Part shown: positions 1-13,004 of the stretch, piece after piece | Numbering within the stretch: the stretch's first letter is position 1 | Layout: each line of letters begins with the position of its first letter | Position numbers and translations under genes: made by a program | Source: Octopus vulgaris | Lineage: Eukaryota | DNA: 64,000 nucleotides | Direction: 5' to 3' | Assembly (NCBI GenBank): GCA_951406725.2 | Contig: OX597823.1 | Location: forward strand, 36,456,001-36,520,000 | Notes under the pieces: model-generated | The model's input: only the letters and a program-made list of their open reading frames with translations | Databases searched by the model: none | What the model was told of the DNA's origin: nothing

Positions 1-257
1 GATGTATATGCATATAAATGCATGTATATGCATATAAATGGATGTATATGCATATAAATGCATGTATATGCATATATATGTATGTATATGCATATATATA
101 TGCATGTATATGTATATATATATGCATGTATATGCATGTATATGCATATATATGTGTGTATAAGCATATATATGTATATATATGTGTGTATATGTATATA
201 TATGTATGTATATGCATATATATGTATGTATATGGTTATATATGTATATGCATATAT

Positions 258-322
258 TTTTTATTTATTTTATTTTATCTAGTTTCAGCTCACGAGCTGT
301 GGCCATGCTGGGGCACCGCCAT
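258..322 (-). mobile_element. Isolated 3' tail of CR1-clade LINE
   Basis: The reverse complement GGCGGTGCCCCAGCATGGCCACAGCTCGTGAGCTGAAACT plus an A-rich tail matches the 3' end of the LINE at 14100-14165. Confidence 0.8.
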
Positions 323-385
323 TTGTATATACATAAACATGCATATATATGTATGTATATGCATATGTATGTATTTATATGCTTA

Positions 386-755
386 CTAGCAGTATCGCCC
401 GGCGTTGCTCGGGTTTGTAAGGGAAATAACTATAAAGCATTTTTAGAGAGTTATAGCCAAAAAATGGAAAAAAAATGATGGTAATTTTTTTTTTAGTTAA
501 AAAGGTCGAGTTGCATCCTCTAGACAGTCTGTGGTTTGTGTTTCTGATTCTCGACCCCATGTCGAATTTATCGATTTTTTTCAGAACTGGGGGAACTTTT
601 CAAAATTTTCGCTGCGTTAGTTTTGAATTATGACATTGGGCTATGTGTGTGTCAAGTTTCATCAGAATCGGTTGAAAGCCGTGGTCAGGGTGAGGGTACA
701 ACCTACAGACACACAGAAACACACAGAGACAAACTGCCGTTTATATATAGAGAGA
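386..755 (-). mobile_element. Non-autonomous Helitron
   Basis: On the minus strand it starts TCTCTCTATATATAAACGGC and ends CTAG, with a GC-rich subterminal hairpin (CCCGGCGTTGCTCGGG, 398-413). It sits between A and T with no TSD. Confidence 0.8.
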
Positions 756-1539
756 TATATGTATGTATATGCATATATATGTATTTATATGCTTATATAT
801 GTATGTATATGCATATATATGTATGTATATGCATATATATGTATGTATATGCATATATACATATGTATATGCATGTATATGTATGTATATGCATGTATAT
901 GTATGTATATGCATGTATATGTATATGCATGTATATGCTTATATGTGTATGTATATGCATATATTTATATATATATGCATATATAAGCATACATATGTAT
1001 ATATGTGCATGTATATGCATATATATGTACATGTATATGCATATATATGTATATATGTGCATGTATATGCATATGTATGTATATATGTGCATATATATGT
1101 ATATATGTGCATGTATATGCATATATATGTATATATGTGCATGTATATGCATATATATGTATATATGTGCATGTATATGCATATATATGTATATATGTGC
1201 ATGTATATGCATATATATGTATATATGTGCATGTATATGCATATATATGTATATATGCCCGTCAGTTCAACCTTCGTATATTCCCGGTGCACCCGCCCTT
1301 GCCCACCCCCACCATCAATACCGGATATCTCTATATTTTTGCTCCATCTATACCGGATGTCGCTTCTCCCACCACCATTATAGGTGTCTACTCTTCGAAC
1401 CCCCTCTTCAATACGCTATTTCACCATGCATTACCCCTCTCTTGATATCCTACGTTCTACTTGCCTAGAACCTGTCATCATTTCTCTGAACCACCCCTCC
1501 CCACTGGTGCTCCCCTATATATTTCTGCCCCCCCCCCCA

Positions 1540-1779
1540 TAAAAGCACCATCTGAACGTGGCCGATGCCAGACCCCTCTGGCACCTGTGCAGGTGGCACG
1601 TAAAAAACACCCACTACACTCGCGGAGTGGTTGGCGTTAGGAGGGGCATCCAGCTGTAGAAACACTGCCAGACTAGACTGGAGCCTGGGGCAGTCCCGAG
1701 CTCCCCAGACCCCGGTCGAAACCGTCCAACCCGTGCTAGCGCGGAAAACGGACGTTAAACGATGATGATGATGATGATG
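1540..1779 (+). mobile_element. RTE-associated 3' UTR / SINE-like fragment with (GAT)n tail
   Basis: Same GGTTGGCGTTAGGA.GGGCATCCAGCTGTAGAAAC...GGACGTTAAACGATGATG terminus as the RTE fragment at 2575-3480. Confidence 0.8.
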
Positions 1780-2574
1780 TGCATGTATATGCATATATAT
1801 GTATATATGTGCATGTATATATGCATATATATGTATATATGTGCATGTATATGCATATATATGTATATATGTGCATATATATGTATATATGTGCATGTAT
1901 ATGCATATATATGTATATATGTGCATGTATATGCATATATATGTATATATGTGCATATATATGTATATATGTGCATGTATATGCATATATATGTATATAT
2001 GTGCATATATATGTATATATGTGCATGTATATGCATATATATGTGCATGTATATGCATATATATGTATATATGTGCATGTATATGCACATATATGTGCAT
2101 GTATATGCGTATAAATATATGTGCATGGATATGCATATATATGTGTGTATGCATATATATATGTATATGCATATATATGTGTGTATATGCATATATATGT
2201 GTGTATATGCATATATATGTATATATATGCATATATAAGTATATATATATGTACGTATATGCATATATATGTACGTATATGCATATATATGTATGTATAT
2301 GCATATATATGAACGTATATGCATATATATGTATTTGCATATATAAGTATATATATGTACGTATATGCATATATATGTACGTATATGCATATATATGTAT
2401 GTATATGCATATATATGAACGTATATGCATATATATGTATATGCATATATAAGTATATATATGTACGTATATGCATATATATGTATGTATATGCATATAT
2501 ATTTATATATATGTATCTATATATATATATATATGTATGTGTATATATATATATATATATATATAAATATATAA

Positions 2575-3480
2575 GCACCCTGAGAGAAATGTTGGGCATA
2601 AGAAGCATTGGATGCAGCATGCAGAAGAGACGTTTGTGTTGGTATGGTCATGTACTACGGATGGCTGAGGAGAGACGTGTGAAAAAGTGCCACTCCCAAA
2701 CTGTTGAAGGAATCCAGAGACATGGGACTAGGTAGTCAAGCATGACCTTCATACATTGAGCCTCACTGAGGCTATGATGAAAGACCGAGACGTCTGGAAA
2801 TATGTCGTGACTTCGAACACCTGACAAATGAAGTGAGTTCATGGCTTGCAGGACAGCTTGCTGTGCTTGAAGAAACCTATTGTGTCAAGTTCATCAACAT
2901 CAAAATAAAAATCGTATGGATATTGTAGTTGTGATACCTGTGCCTGTGGCACGTAGGCCCTCACAGAGGAAATGACAAAGACCGAAACCTCTGAGATATG
3001 CTGCGACTGTGAAGACTGGACAAATGAAGTGAGTTCATGGCTCGCAGGACAGCCTGCTGTGCTAATCTAGGATCGTAGAGTGACCCGCTGTTCTTGAGGA
3101 GATCTATTGAGTCAAATATGTTAACACCAACATCAAAACGAAAATCAAATGGAAATTGTAGTTAAGAATCCCATGCCAGTGACATGTTAAAAGCACCGTC
3201 CGAACGTGGCAGATGCCAGCGGCGCCTGGCTGGCGTCCGTGTCAGTGACACGTAAAAGCACCAACCGATTGTGGAATTTGCCAGCCTCCTCTGGCCCCTG
3301 TGCCGGTGGCAGGTAAAAAGCACCCACTACACTCACGGAGTGGTTGGCGTTAGGAAGGGCAACAGGCTGTAGAAACAATGTCAGATCAGACTGGAGACTG
3401 GTGCAGCCTCCTGGCTTCCCAGACCCTGGTCGAACCATCCAACCCATGCTAGCATGGAAAACGAACATTAAACGATGATG
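2575..3480 (+). mobile_element. RTE-clade LINE 3' fragment (C-terminal coding remnant plus 3' UTR, partly duplicated)
   Basis: Translation [37 protein letters not shown] resembles the RTE C-terminal RRLRWxGHVxRM motif. About 110 bp are duplicated (2758-2868 vs 2956-3063). Ends in (GAT)n. Confidence 0.8.
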
Positions 3481-3517
<37 letters not shown>

Positions 3518-3671
3518 CGTATATGTATGTATATATATATGTATGTATGTACGTATATGTATGTATATATATATATATGTATGTACGTATATGTATTTAT
3601 ATATATATATATGTTTGTACGTATATGTATGTATATATATATATATGTACATATATGTATGTATATATATC

Positions 3672-3960
3672 TCTCTTTTACTCTTTTACTTGTTTCAGTC
3701 ATTTGATTGAGGCCATGCTGGAGCACCGCCTTTAGTCGAGCAACTCGACCCCAGGACTTATTCTTTTTGTAAGCCCAGTACTTATTCTATCGGTCTCTTT
3801 TTGCCGAACCGCTAGGTGACGGGGACGTAAACACACCAGCATCGGGAACGAACACAGACACACACACATACATACACATATATATACATATATACGACAG
3901 GCTTCGTTCAGTTTCCGTCTACCAAATCCACTCACAAGGCATTGGTCGGCCCGGGGCTAT
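3672..3960 (-). mobile_element. tRNA-derived SINE (family A), 5'-truncated
   Basis: Reverse-complement match to the 3' two-thirds of the full copy at 9356-9798. Confidence 0.85.
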
Positions 3961-4271
3961 GTATATATATATATATATATATATGTATGTACGTATATGT
4001 ATATATATATATGTACGTATGTATATCTATCTATATACGTACGTATATGTATGTATGTATATATGTATGTACGTATATATATATATGTACATATATATGT
4101 ATGTATGTATATATGTATGTATGTATGTACGTATATATATATATATGTATGTATGTATATATGTATGTACGTATATATATATATATATATTTGTATGTAT
4201 ATATGTATGTACGTATATATATATATATATGTATGTATATATGTATGTACGTATATATATATGTATGTACG

Positions 4272-4320
<49 letters not shown>

Positions 4321-4352
4321 ATATGCATGTACATATATATGTATGTATATAT

Positions 4353-4865
4353 GCAAGACTAGTATATATGCAAGACTAGACCCGGCAAGACTAGTCAGGC
4401 CATAGCCCGTGGCCCCTACCTAGGACGTAGTCAGTCCACCTGTGCATACCTTCCTTCTTGTGACACTTGTGAAGACCTGTTGAGGCAAGTGAAAATCAAA
4501 TCAAATCAAATCAAAATAGATGAACATCAATGGAATTTGTATCTTTGTGGTACCAGTGCCGGTGGCACACAAGAAAACCATCTGAACGTGGCCGTAGCCA
4601 GTACCGCATCGACTGGCCTCCGTGCTGTGGGCACGTAACAAACACCATCCGATCGTGGCTGTTCACTAGCCTCATCTGGCACCTGTGTTGGTGGCACATA
4701 AAAACACCCACTACACTCTCGGAGTGGTTGGCGTTAGGAAGGGCATCCAGCTGTAGAAACATGTCAGATCTGACTGGCCTGGTGCAGCCTTCGGGCTCCC
4801 CAGACCCCAGTTGAACCGTCCAACCCATGCTAGCATGGAAAGCGGACGTTAAATGATGATGATGT
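4353..4865 (+). mobile_element. RTE-associated 3' UTR fragment with (GAT)n tail
   Basis: Three GTGCC..GGCAC..AAA.CACC-type modules and the shared terminus CCATGCTAGCATGGAAAGCGGACGTTAAATGATGATG. Confidence 0.8.
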
Positions 4866-4961
4866 ATGTATATATGCATGTACATATATATATATGTATG
4901 TATGTATATATGCATGTACATATATATATATATATATGTATGTATGTATATATGCATGTAC

Positions 4962-4995
<34 letters not shown>

Positions 4996-5047
4996 ATATG
5001 CATGTACATATATATATATATATGTATGTATGTATATATGCATGTAC

Positions 5048-5079
<32 letters not shown>

Positions 5080-5171
5080 ATATGCATATACATATATATA
5101 TATATATGTATGTATGTATATATGCATGTACATATATATATATATATGTATGTATGTATATATGCATGTAC

Positions 5172-5203
<32 letters not shown>

Positions 5204-5212
5204 ATATGCATG

Positions 5213-5243
<31 letters not shown>

Positions 5244-5285
5244 GCATGTACATATATATATTATATATATGTATGTATATATGCA

Positions 5286-5328
<43 letters not shown>

Positions 5329-5382
5329 ATATGCATGTACATATATATATATATATATGTATGTATGTATATATGCATGTAC

Positions 5383-5414
<32 letters not shown>

Positions 5415-6503
5415 ATATGCATGTACATATATATATATATATATGTATGTATGTATATATGCATGTGTGTGTACATATATATATATATGTATGTATGTAT
5501 ATATGCATGTGTGTGTACATATATATATATATATGTATGTATGTATATATGCATGTACATATATATATATGTATGTATGTATGTATGTATATATGCATGT
5601 ACATATATATATATGTATGTATGTATGTATGTATATATGCATGTACATATATATATATGTATGTATGTATGTATGTATATATGCATGTACATATATATAT
5701 ATGTATGTATGTATATATGCATGTACCTATATGTATGTATATATGCATGTACATATATATATATATATATGTATGTATGTATGTATATATGTATGTATGT
5801 ATATATGCATGTACATATATATGTATGTATATATGCATGTACATATATATATATGTATATATGTATGTATATATGCATGTACATATATATATATGTATAT
5901 ATGCATGTACATATATATATATGTATATATGCATGTACATATATATATATGTATATATGTATGTATATATGCATGTACATATATATATATGTATATATGC
6001 ATGTACATATATATATGTATATATGTATGTATATATGCATGTACATATATATATATGTATATATGCATGTACATATATATATATGTATATATGTATGTAT
6101 GTATATATGCATGTACATATATATATATGTATGTATATATGCATGTACATATATATATATGTATGTATCTATGTATGTATGTATATATATGTACGTATGT
6201 ATATGTATGTATATATATGTACGTATGTATATGTATGTATATATGTATATCTGTATGTACGTATATGTATGTATATATGTATATCTGTACGTATGTATAT
6301 GTATGTATATATGTATATCTGTACGTACGTATTTGTATGTATATGTATATCTGTACGTACGTATATGTATGTATATATATATATCTGTACGTACGTATAC
6401 GTATGTATATATATATATGTGTACGTACGTATATGTATGTATATATATATATGTGTACGTACGTATATGTATGTATATATATATATCTGTACGTACGTAT
6501 ATG

Positions 6504-6541
<38 letters not shown>

Positions 6542-6693
6542 TAAGTCTATGTATATATATATATGTACGTAAGTCTATGTATATATATATATGTACGTAA
6601 GTCTATGTATATATATATATGTATATATATTTGTATGTCTATGTATATATATATGTATATGTATATATATATATGTATGTATATGTATGTATA

Positions 6694-6739
<46 letters not shown>

Positions 6740-6744
<5 letters not shown>

Positions 6745-7117
6745 CGAAATCGAAATGGAACCAATCCTATGACTGGCACCCGGCAGATGCCAGGATCCCT
6801 GGACTGGTAGTACGTGAAAAGCACTATCCGACTCGTAGCCGATGCCAGCGCCGCCTCGAATGGCTTCCATGCCGGTAGCATGTAAATTGCACCAATCCGA
6901 CCGTGGCCGTTGCTAGCCTCGCCTGGCACCTGTGCGGGTGGTACGTAAAAAGCACTCACTACACTCAGGGAGTGGTTGGCGTTAGGAAGGGCATCCAGCT
7001 GTAGAAACATTGCCAGATAAGATTGGAGCCTGGTGCAGCCTTCTGGCTTCCCAGATCCCCGGTCGAACCGTCCAACCCATGCTAGCATGGAGAACGGACG
7101 TTAAACGATGATGATGA
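6740..7117 (+). mobile_element. RTE-associated 3' UTR fragment with (GAT)n tail
   Basis: Same body and terminus as 3170-3480. Confidence 0.8.
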
Positions 7118-7365
7118 TATATATATATATATATATATATGTACGTACGTAAATGCATGTATCTATGTATATATATATGTACGTGTATGTATGTATATAT
7201 ATATACGTATACGTATGTATATACATATATATGTATGTATACGTATGTATATATTTGTGTATATGTACGTATATTTATGTATATATATGTATGTATTTTT
7301 ATGTATATATATATATATATATATATATTTTTGTATATTTTTATTTATGTACGTATATTCATGTA

Positions 7366-7412
<47 letters not shown>

Positions 7413-7467
7413 TTATGTATATATATATATTTGTTCGTATATTTATGTATATATATATGTATATATA

Positions 7468-7520
7468 TCATCATCATCATCGTTTAACGTCCGTTTTCCG
7501 TGCCAGCATGGGTTGGACCA
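7468..7520 (-). mobile_element. Minimal RTE 3' tail (about 50 bp)
   Basis: CATCATCATCGTTTAACGTCCGTTTTCCGTGCCAGCATGGGTTGGAC is the reverse complement of the shared terminus. Confidence 0.8.
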
Positions 7521-7738
7521 TATGTATATATATATATATGTATGTATGTATGTATGTATATATGTATGTATATATGTATGTATGTATATATATGTATATA
7601 TATATATGTATGTATGTATATATATGTATGTATGTATATATATGTATGTATGTATGTATATATATGTATGTATGTATATATATGTATGTATGTATCTATA
7701 TATATGTATGTATGTATATATATGTATGTATATATTTG

Positions 7739-7784
<46 letters not shown>

Positions 7785-7794
7785 TATATTTATG

Positions 7795-8058
7795 TGTGTT
7801 CTTGAGCAAAGCACTTTATTTCACGTTGCTCCAGTTCACTCAGCTGTAGAAATGAGTTGCGACGTCACTGGTGCCAAGCTGTATCGACCTTTGTCTTTCC
7901 CTTGGATAACACTGGTGGCGTGGAGAGGGGAGGCCGGTATGCATGGGCGACTGCTGGTCTTCCATAAAAACAACCTTGCCCAGACTTGTGCCTCAGAGGG
8001 TAACTCTCTAGGTGCAAACCCATGGTCACTCATGACCGAAGGGGATCTTTACCCTTTT
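7795..8058 (+). mobile_element. SINE (family C), 5'-truncated
   Basis: Starts with GTGTTCTTGAGCAAAGCACTTTA, resembling the CORE/V-type SINE central motif. GC-rich body ending CTTTACCCTTT, flanked by TA arrays. Confidence 0.6.
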
Positions 8059-8085
8059 ATATATATATATATGTATATATATATG

Positions 8086-8122
<37 letters not shown>

Positions 8123-8257
8123 GTATATATATATGTATATATATATGTATATATATATATGTATATATATATGTATGTATATATATATATATGTATATAT
8201 ATATGTATGTATATATATATGTATGTATATATATATGTATGTATATATATATGTATG

Positions 8258-8290
<33 letters not shown>

Positions 8291-8323
8291 GTATATATAT
8301 ATATGTATGTATGTATATATATG

Positions 8324-8357
<34 letters not shown>

Positions 8358-8435
8358 AAAATGTATATGTATGTATATATGTATGTATATATATGTATGT
8401 ATGTATATATATATATATATGTATGTATATATATG

Positions 8436-8472
<37 letters not shown>

Positions 8473-8488
8473 GTATATATATGTATGT

Positions 8489-8522
<34 letters not shown>

Positions 8523-8528
8523 GTATAT

Positions 8529-8562
<34 letters not shown>

Positions 8563-8595
8563 GTATATATATATATATATGTATGTATATATATG

Positions 8596-8640
<45 letters not shown>

Positions 8641-8641
8641 G

Positions 8642-8672
<31 letters not shown>

Positions 8673-8965
8673 TTGTATGTATGTATATATATGTATGTAT
8701 ATGTATGTATGTATGTATATGTATGTATGTATATATATGTATGTATGTATATATATGTATGTATGTATATATATGTATGTATGTATATATATATATGTAT
8801 GTATGTATGTATATATATGTATGTATGTATGTATATATATGTATGTATGTATGTATGTATATGTATGTATGTATGTATATATATGTATGTATGTATGTAT
8901 ATATATATATATGTATGTATGTATATATATGTATGTATATATGTATATATATGTATGTATGTATG

Positions 8966-8998
<33 letters not shown>

Positions 8999-9355
8999 AT
9001 ATGTATGTATATATATATATGTATGTATATATGTATGTATATATATATATATGTATGTATGTATATATGTATGTATGTATATATGTATGTATGTATATAT
9101 ATGTATGTATGTATATATAAGTATGTATCTATATATATGTATGTATCTACTTGTATATATGTATGTATATATACATATGTATGTATATATATGTGTGTAT
9201 ATATGTATATATATATATTTATGTATATATATATATATATATATATGTGTGTATATATGTATATATACATATTTATGTATGTATATATACATATGTATGT
9301 ATATATATGTGTGTATATATGTATATATATATGTATGTATATTTACATATATATA

Positions 9356-9526
9356 GGCGCAGGAGTGGCTGTGTGGTAAGTAGCTTGCTAACCAACCACA
9401 TGGTTTCGGGTTCAGTCCCACTGCGTGGCATCTTGGGCAAGTGTCTTCTGCTATAGCCCCGGGCCGACCAATGCCTTGTGAGTGGATTTGGTAGACGGAA
9501 ACTGAAAAGAACCCTGTCGTATATAC

Positions 9527-9568
<42 letters not shown>

Positions 9569-9798
9569 ATATGTTTGTGTGTCTGTGTTTGCATTTGTCC
9601 CCCTAGCATTACTTGACAACCGATGCTGGTGTGTTTACGTCCCCGTCACTTAGTGGTTCGGCAAAAGAGACCGATAGAATAAGTACTGTGCTTACAAACA
9701 ATAAGGCCCGGGCTCGATTTGCTCGACTAAAGGCGGTGCTCCAGCATGGCCGCAGTCAAATGACTGAAACAAGTAAAAGAGTAAAAGAGAGTAAAGAG
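9356..9798 (+). mobile_element. Full-length tRNA-derived SINE (family A) with CR1-type 3' tail
   Basis: A-box-like TGGCTGTGTGG, B-box-like GGTTCAGTCCC, CTTGGGCAAGTGTCTT core, internal (TA)n(TG)n, and tail GGCGGTGCTCCAGCATGGCCGCAGTCAAATGACTGAAAC(AAGAGTA)n. More than 10 related copies or fragments in the window. Confidence 0.9.
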
Positions 9799-10186
9799 TA
9801 TATGTATGTATTTATATCTGTGTGTATATGTGTATATATATATATATTATACATGTTTTTATAGACATGTATTTATATATACATATGCATGTATATATAT
9901 GTATGTACATATTTGTATATATATATATATGTATTTATACACATGTATGTGTATATACACATGTATGTATATATACTCATGTATGTATATATATATATAC
10001 ATATGTTTATATATATACATATGTTTATATATATATACATATGTTTGTATATATGTGTATATATATGTATGTATGTATATATGTATATGTATGTATGTGT
10101 ATGTATATGTATGTATGTATATATGTATATGTATGTATGTGTATGTATATGTATGTATGTATATATATGTACATGTATGTATATAT

Positions 10187-11197
10187 AAATCCTTAAATCC
10201 TTAAAAATGTTTTAGCCCGAAGGCCGCGGCCATGCTGGGGCACCACCGCTGAATGAGCCACACTAGTTTGTGAATCCACCTCTGATACGTGGCACTTGAT
10301 CAAGAAGGGAGTTCGATGCTGCTGCCCGCATCCGTGTCTCCTGTCGTGAGGTAGGTTCATCTGGGACTCCCAACAAGAAGAGATCCAGTTTAGTTTTAAA
10401 GAAACCCACATCCACACCATGTAAGTCTCTCAGGCATTTAGGGAGGATGTTGAAAAGCTGTGGTCCTCTGAAACCCAAGCTGTTGCAGTATCTGGACCTG
10501 TATTTTGATGGTGATGTTGGAATCCTTGGCACCACGCAGCGGCGCCCCGTTCTGCGGTTGGAGTAACTTTGAATGCCAAAGTTTGGGACAAGACCCTCCA
10601 GGATTTTCCAGATGTATATTACTGCATATCTCTCCCGCCTCCGCTCCAGGGAGAAGAGGTTTAATACCTTCAGTCTTTCCCAGTAGCTGACATTTTGCAT
10701 TGAGACGACTTTCTTTGTGTAGCTTCTCTGAGTTGCTTCGAGTTCTGCTGTTTGTTTTATATTGTGTGGTGACCAAAGTTGGGAGCAGTAGTCCAAGCGG
10801 CTGAGGACAAATGTTTTCCATAGGACCATCAGTGTCTCCTTCTCTCTTGTTCTGAAAGTTCGGAGAATCCATCCAGCTAGCCGTCTGCATTTTATCACCA
10901 GATTAGCAATATGCATTTGGAAAGATGCATCATTGCTCATGTCAATGCCCAGGTCACGCACTGATTTTGACTCAGGGATTGCAATTCTTCCTGGGCCAGT
11001 GTATCCAGTCTTCACGTCATTTACCTTTGTGTGCCAGTAGCGCAGGGCCTGGAACTTACCTGCATTAAACTGCATGTTGTTGTCCTCAGCCCACCTGTAT
11101 ATTGTGTCCAGCTCATGTTGCAGATGCGCAATATTTTCAGGGTTCTGTATTGCGTGGGAGACCTTTGTGTCATCTGCGTGGGAGACCTTTGTGTCAT
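10187..11197 (-). mobile_element. 5'-truncated CR1-clade LINE, uninterrupted C-terminal RT ORF (about 310 aa) plus 3' UTR
   Basis: ORF 10263-11197 contains ADDTKV, WAEDNNMQFNAGKFQ, RDLG, GWILRTF, LDYCSQLWSP and SLERRRERY. Tail is (TTTAAGGA)n on the element strand. Confidence 0.92.
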
Positions 11198-11262
11198 ATA
11201 TATATGTATATATGTATATGTATGTATAGATATGTATATATGTATATATATATGTATATATG

Positions 11263-11304
<42 letters not shown>

Positions 11305-11309
11305 TATAA

Positions 11310-11367
11310 GCCGTTCAACCCATGCTAGCATGGAGAACGGACGTTAAACGATGATGATGATGATGAT
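11310..11367 (+). mobile_element. Minimal RTE 3' tail
   Basis: CCGTTCAACCCATGCTAGCATGGAGAACGGACGTTAAAC(GAT)n. Confidence 0.8.
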
Positions 11368-11801
11368 ATATATGTATATATACATATGTATGTATATATA
11401 TATGTATATATACATATGTATATATATATGTATATATTCATATGTATATATACATATGTATCTATATATATACATATGTATGTATATGTGCATATGTATG
11501 TATATATACATGCGTATGTGTATATATATATATATGTATATATACATATGTATGTATGTATATATATATATGTATATATACATATGTATGTATGTATATA
11601 TATATATGTATATATGCATATGTATGAATATATATATATGTATATATATGTATATATGTGTGTATTTATATATATATATGTATGTACATAAGTATGTATA
11701 TACATGTATGTATATATGTGTATGTATGTGTATATATATGTGTTTATATATGTGTATATATATGTATATATATGTGTATATATGTGTGTGTTTATATATA
11801 C

Positions 11802-11840
<39 letters not shown>

Positions 11841-11843
<3 letters not shown>

Positions 11844-12340
11844 TCGGGTCGTCGGCGACTAAACCGGCAACCCCACCAAGCTTGCTTGGTGAGGAGGGTC
11901 CTTATTGGACTCCCTGCGAGATGAAAAACAAAACCCATCAAAGGGCGGAGGAACTCTTGAGTGTCAATGGCCATGCAATAAATGTCTTAAGGCTGTATCA
12001 TGTGCGAGGACATAGAAATAATCGGACTGAATATCCGATCGCGCGCTTAAACTATTGGGAGTGAAGGACTCCTAGCCTTTGTTAGGGCATCCTTCTAGGA
12101 GAAGGCAACTCAGGTAACTGTGATAACTCCAACATAAAACCTGCGGCTCAGTGGTTACCAATGATGTTGACTTGTTCTTCTTTTCGGATTATGGCTGCTG
12201 TCGCTTAGTGAATGGTATTGACTTTGTGCACAGCCTTTACTCACTTTAAAATAAAATCTTATTGCACAGGAATTGCACGATAACAAAATTGACTAAGTTT
12301 CGTGCAATGGCCATACTCGATAACGAGTGGGCAGCCACCA
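11841..12340 (+). mobile_element. 500-bp GC/CpG-rich, hairpin-dense insertion in (TA)n, probably derived from an RTE 5' UTR
   Basis: Sharp boundaries TATA|TGGT...ACCA|TATA. Contains GTTAGGGCATCCTTCTAGGAGAAGGCAACTC, recalled as similar to RTE 5' UTR motifs, and many short stems. Confidence 0.5.
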
Positions 12341-12397
12341 TATATATATGTATGGATGTATGTGTATATATATAAATATGTGTGTGTGTGTATATAT

Positions 12398-12775
12398 ACT
12401 CTTTACTCTTACTTGTTTCAGTCATTTGACTGTGGCCTTGCCTTTAGCCGGGGAAATCGACCCCAGGAATTACTCTAGTACTTAGTCTATCAGTCTCCTT
12501 TGCTGAACCGCTATGTTACAGGGTCGTAAATACACCAACATTGGTTGTGAAGCGATGTTGGGGGGAGAAGCACAGACACACAAACATATACACACGCACA
12601 TACATATATATATATGCACATATATTCGACAGGCTTCTTTCAGATTCTGTCTACCAAATCCTCTCACAAGGCTATAGTAGAAGATACTTGTCCAAGGTGG
12701 CACACAGTGGGAGACTGAACCCAGAACCATGTGGTTCATAAGCAAGCTACTTACCACAGATTCATTCCTACTCCT
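12398..12775 (-). mobile_element. tRNA-derived SINE (family A)
   Basis: Reverse-complement match to 9356-9798 with internal deletions. Confidence 0.85.
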
Positions 12776-12887
12776 ATATGTATATATAGTTAATCCAAAC
12801 ATGAACAAAGAGAAAACACAACAACACGAGGACGTGGCAGTAGTATAGTGTTATTGGATGCTCAGGAAAGGAAAGAAAGAAGGAAGA

Positions 12888-12920
12888 TTTAACGTTTTGA
12901 GCGGCGCTCTTCATCAGAAA
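12888..12920 (-). ncRNA. Degenerate minimal type I hammerhead ribozyme within a Penelope pLTR-like remnant (about 12788-12985)
   Basis: Minus strand reads UUU-CUGAUGA-A-GAGC-GCC-GCUC-AAAA-CGUU-AAA. The core GAAA has become AAAA, consistent with CpG decay. Confidence 0.6.
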
Positions 12921-13004
12921 CATAGAAAAAGGGTCCAAGGAAGGCTAAAACGGGGAAAGAAAATCGCCAACGATACACGCGGTCGAACCGTCCAACCCAT
13001 GCTA

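Noticed and set aside
655-672. Minus-strand CTGATGAAAC
   Set aside because: No stem II between the two core halves; internal Helitron sequence.
1100-1256. Regular 30-bp repeats resembling a CRISPR array
   Set aside because: No unique spacers, no cas genes, eukaryotic context; it is a minisatellite.
1258-1538. C-rich unique segment with intact CpGs
   Set aside because: No recognisable protein or RNA motif; probably an unclassified repeat fragment.
9356-9430. tRNA gene
   Set aside because: A/B boxes are present but there is no cloverleaf; it is a SINE head.
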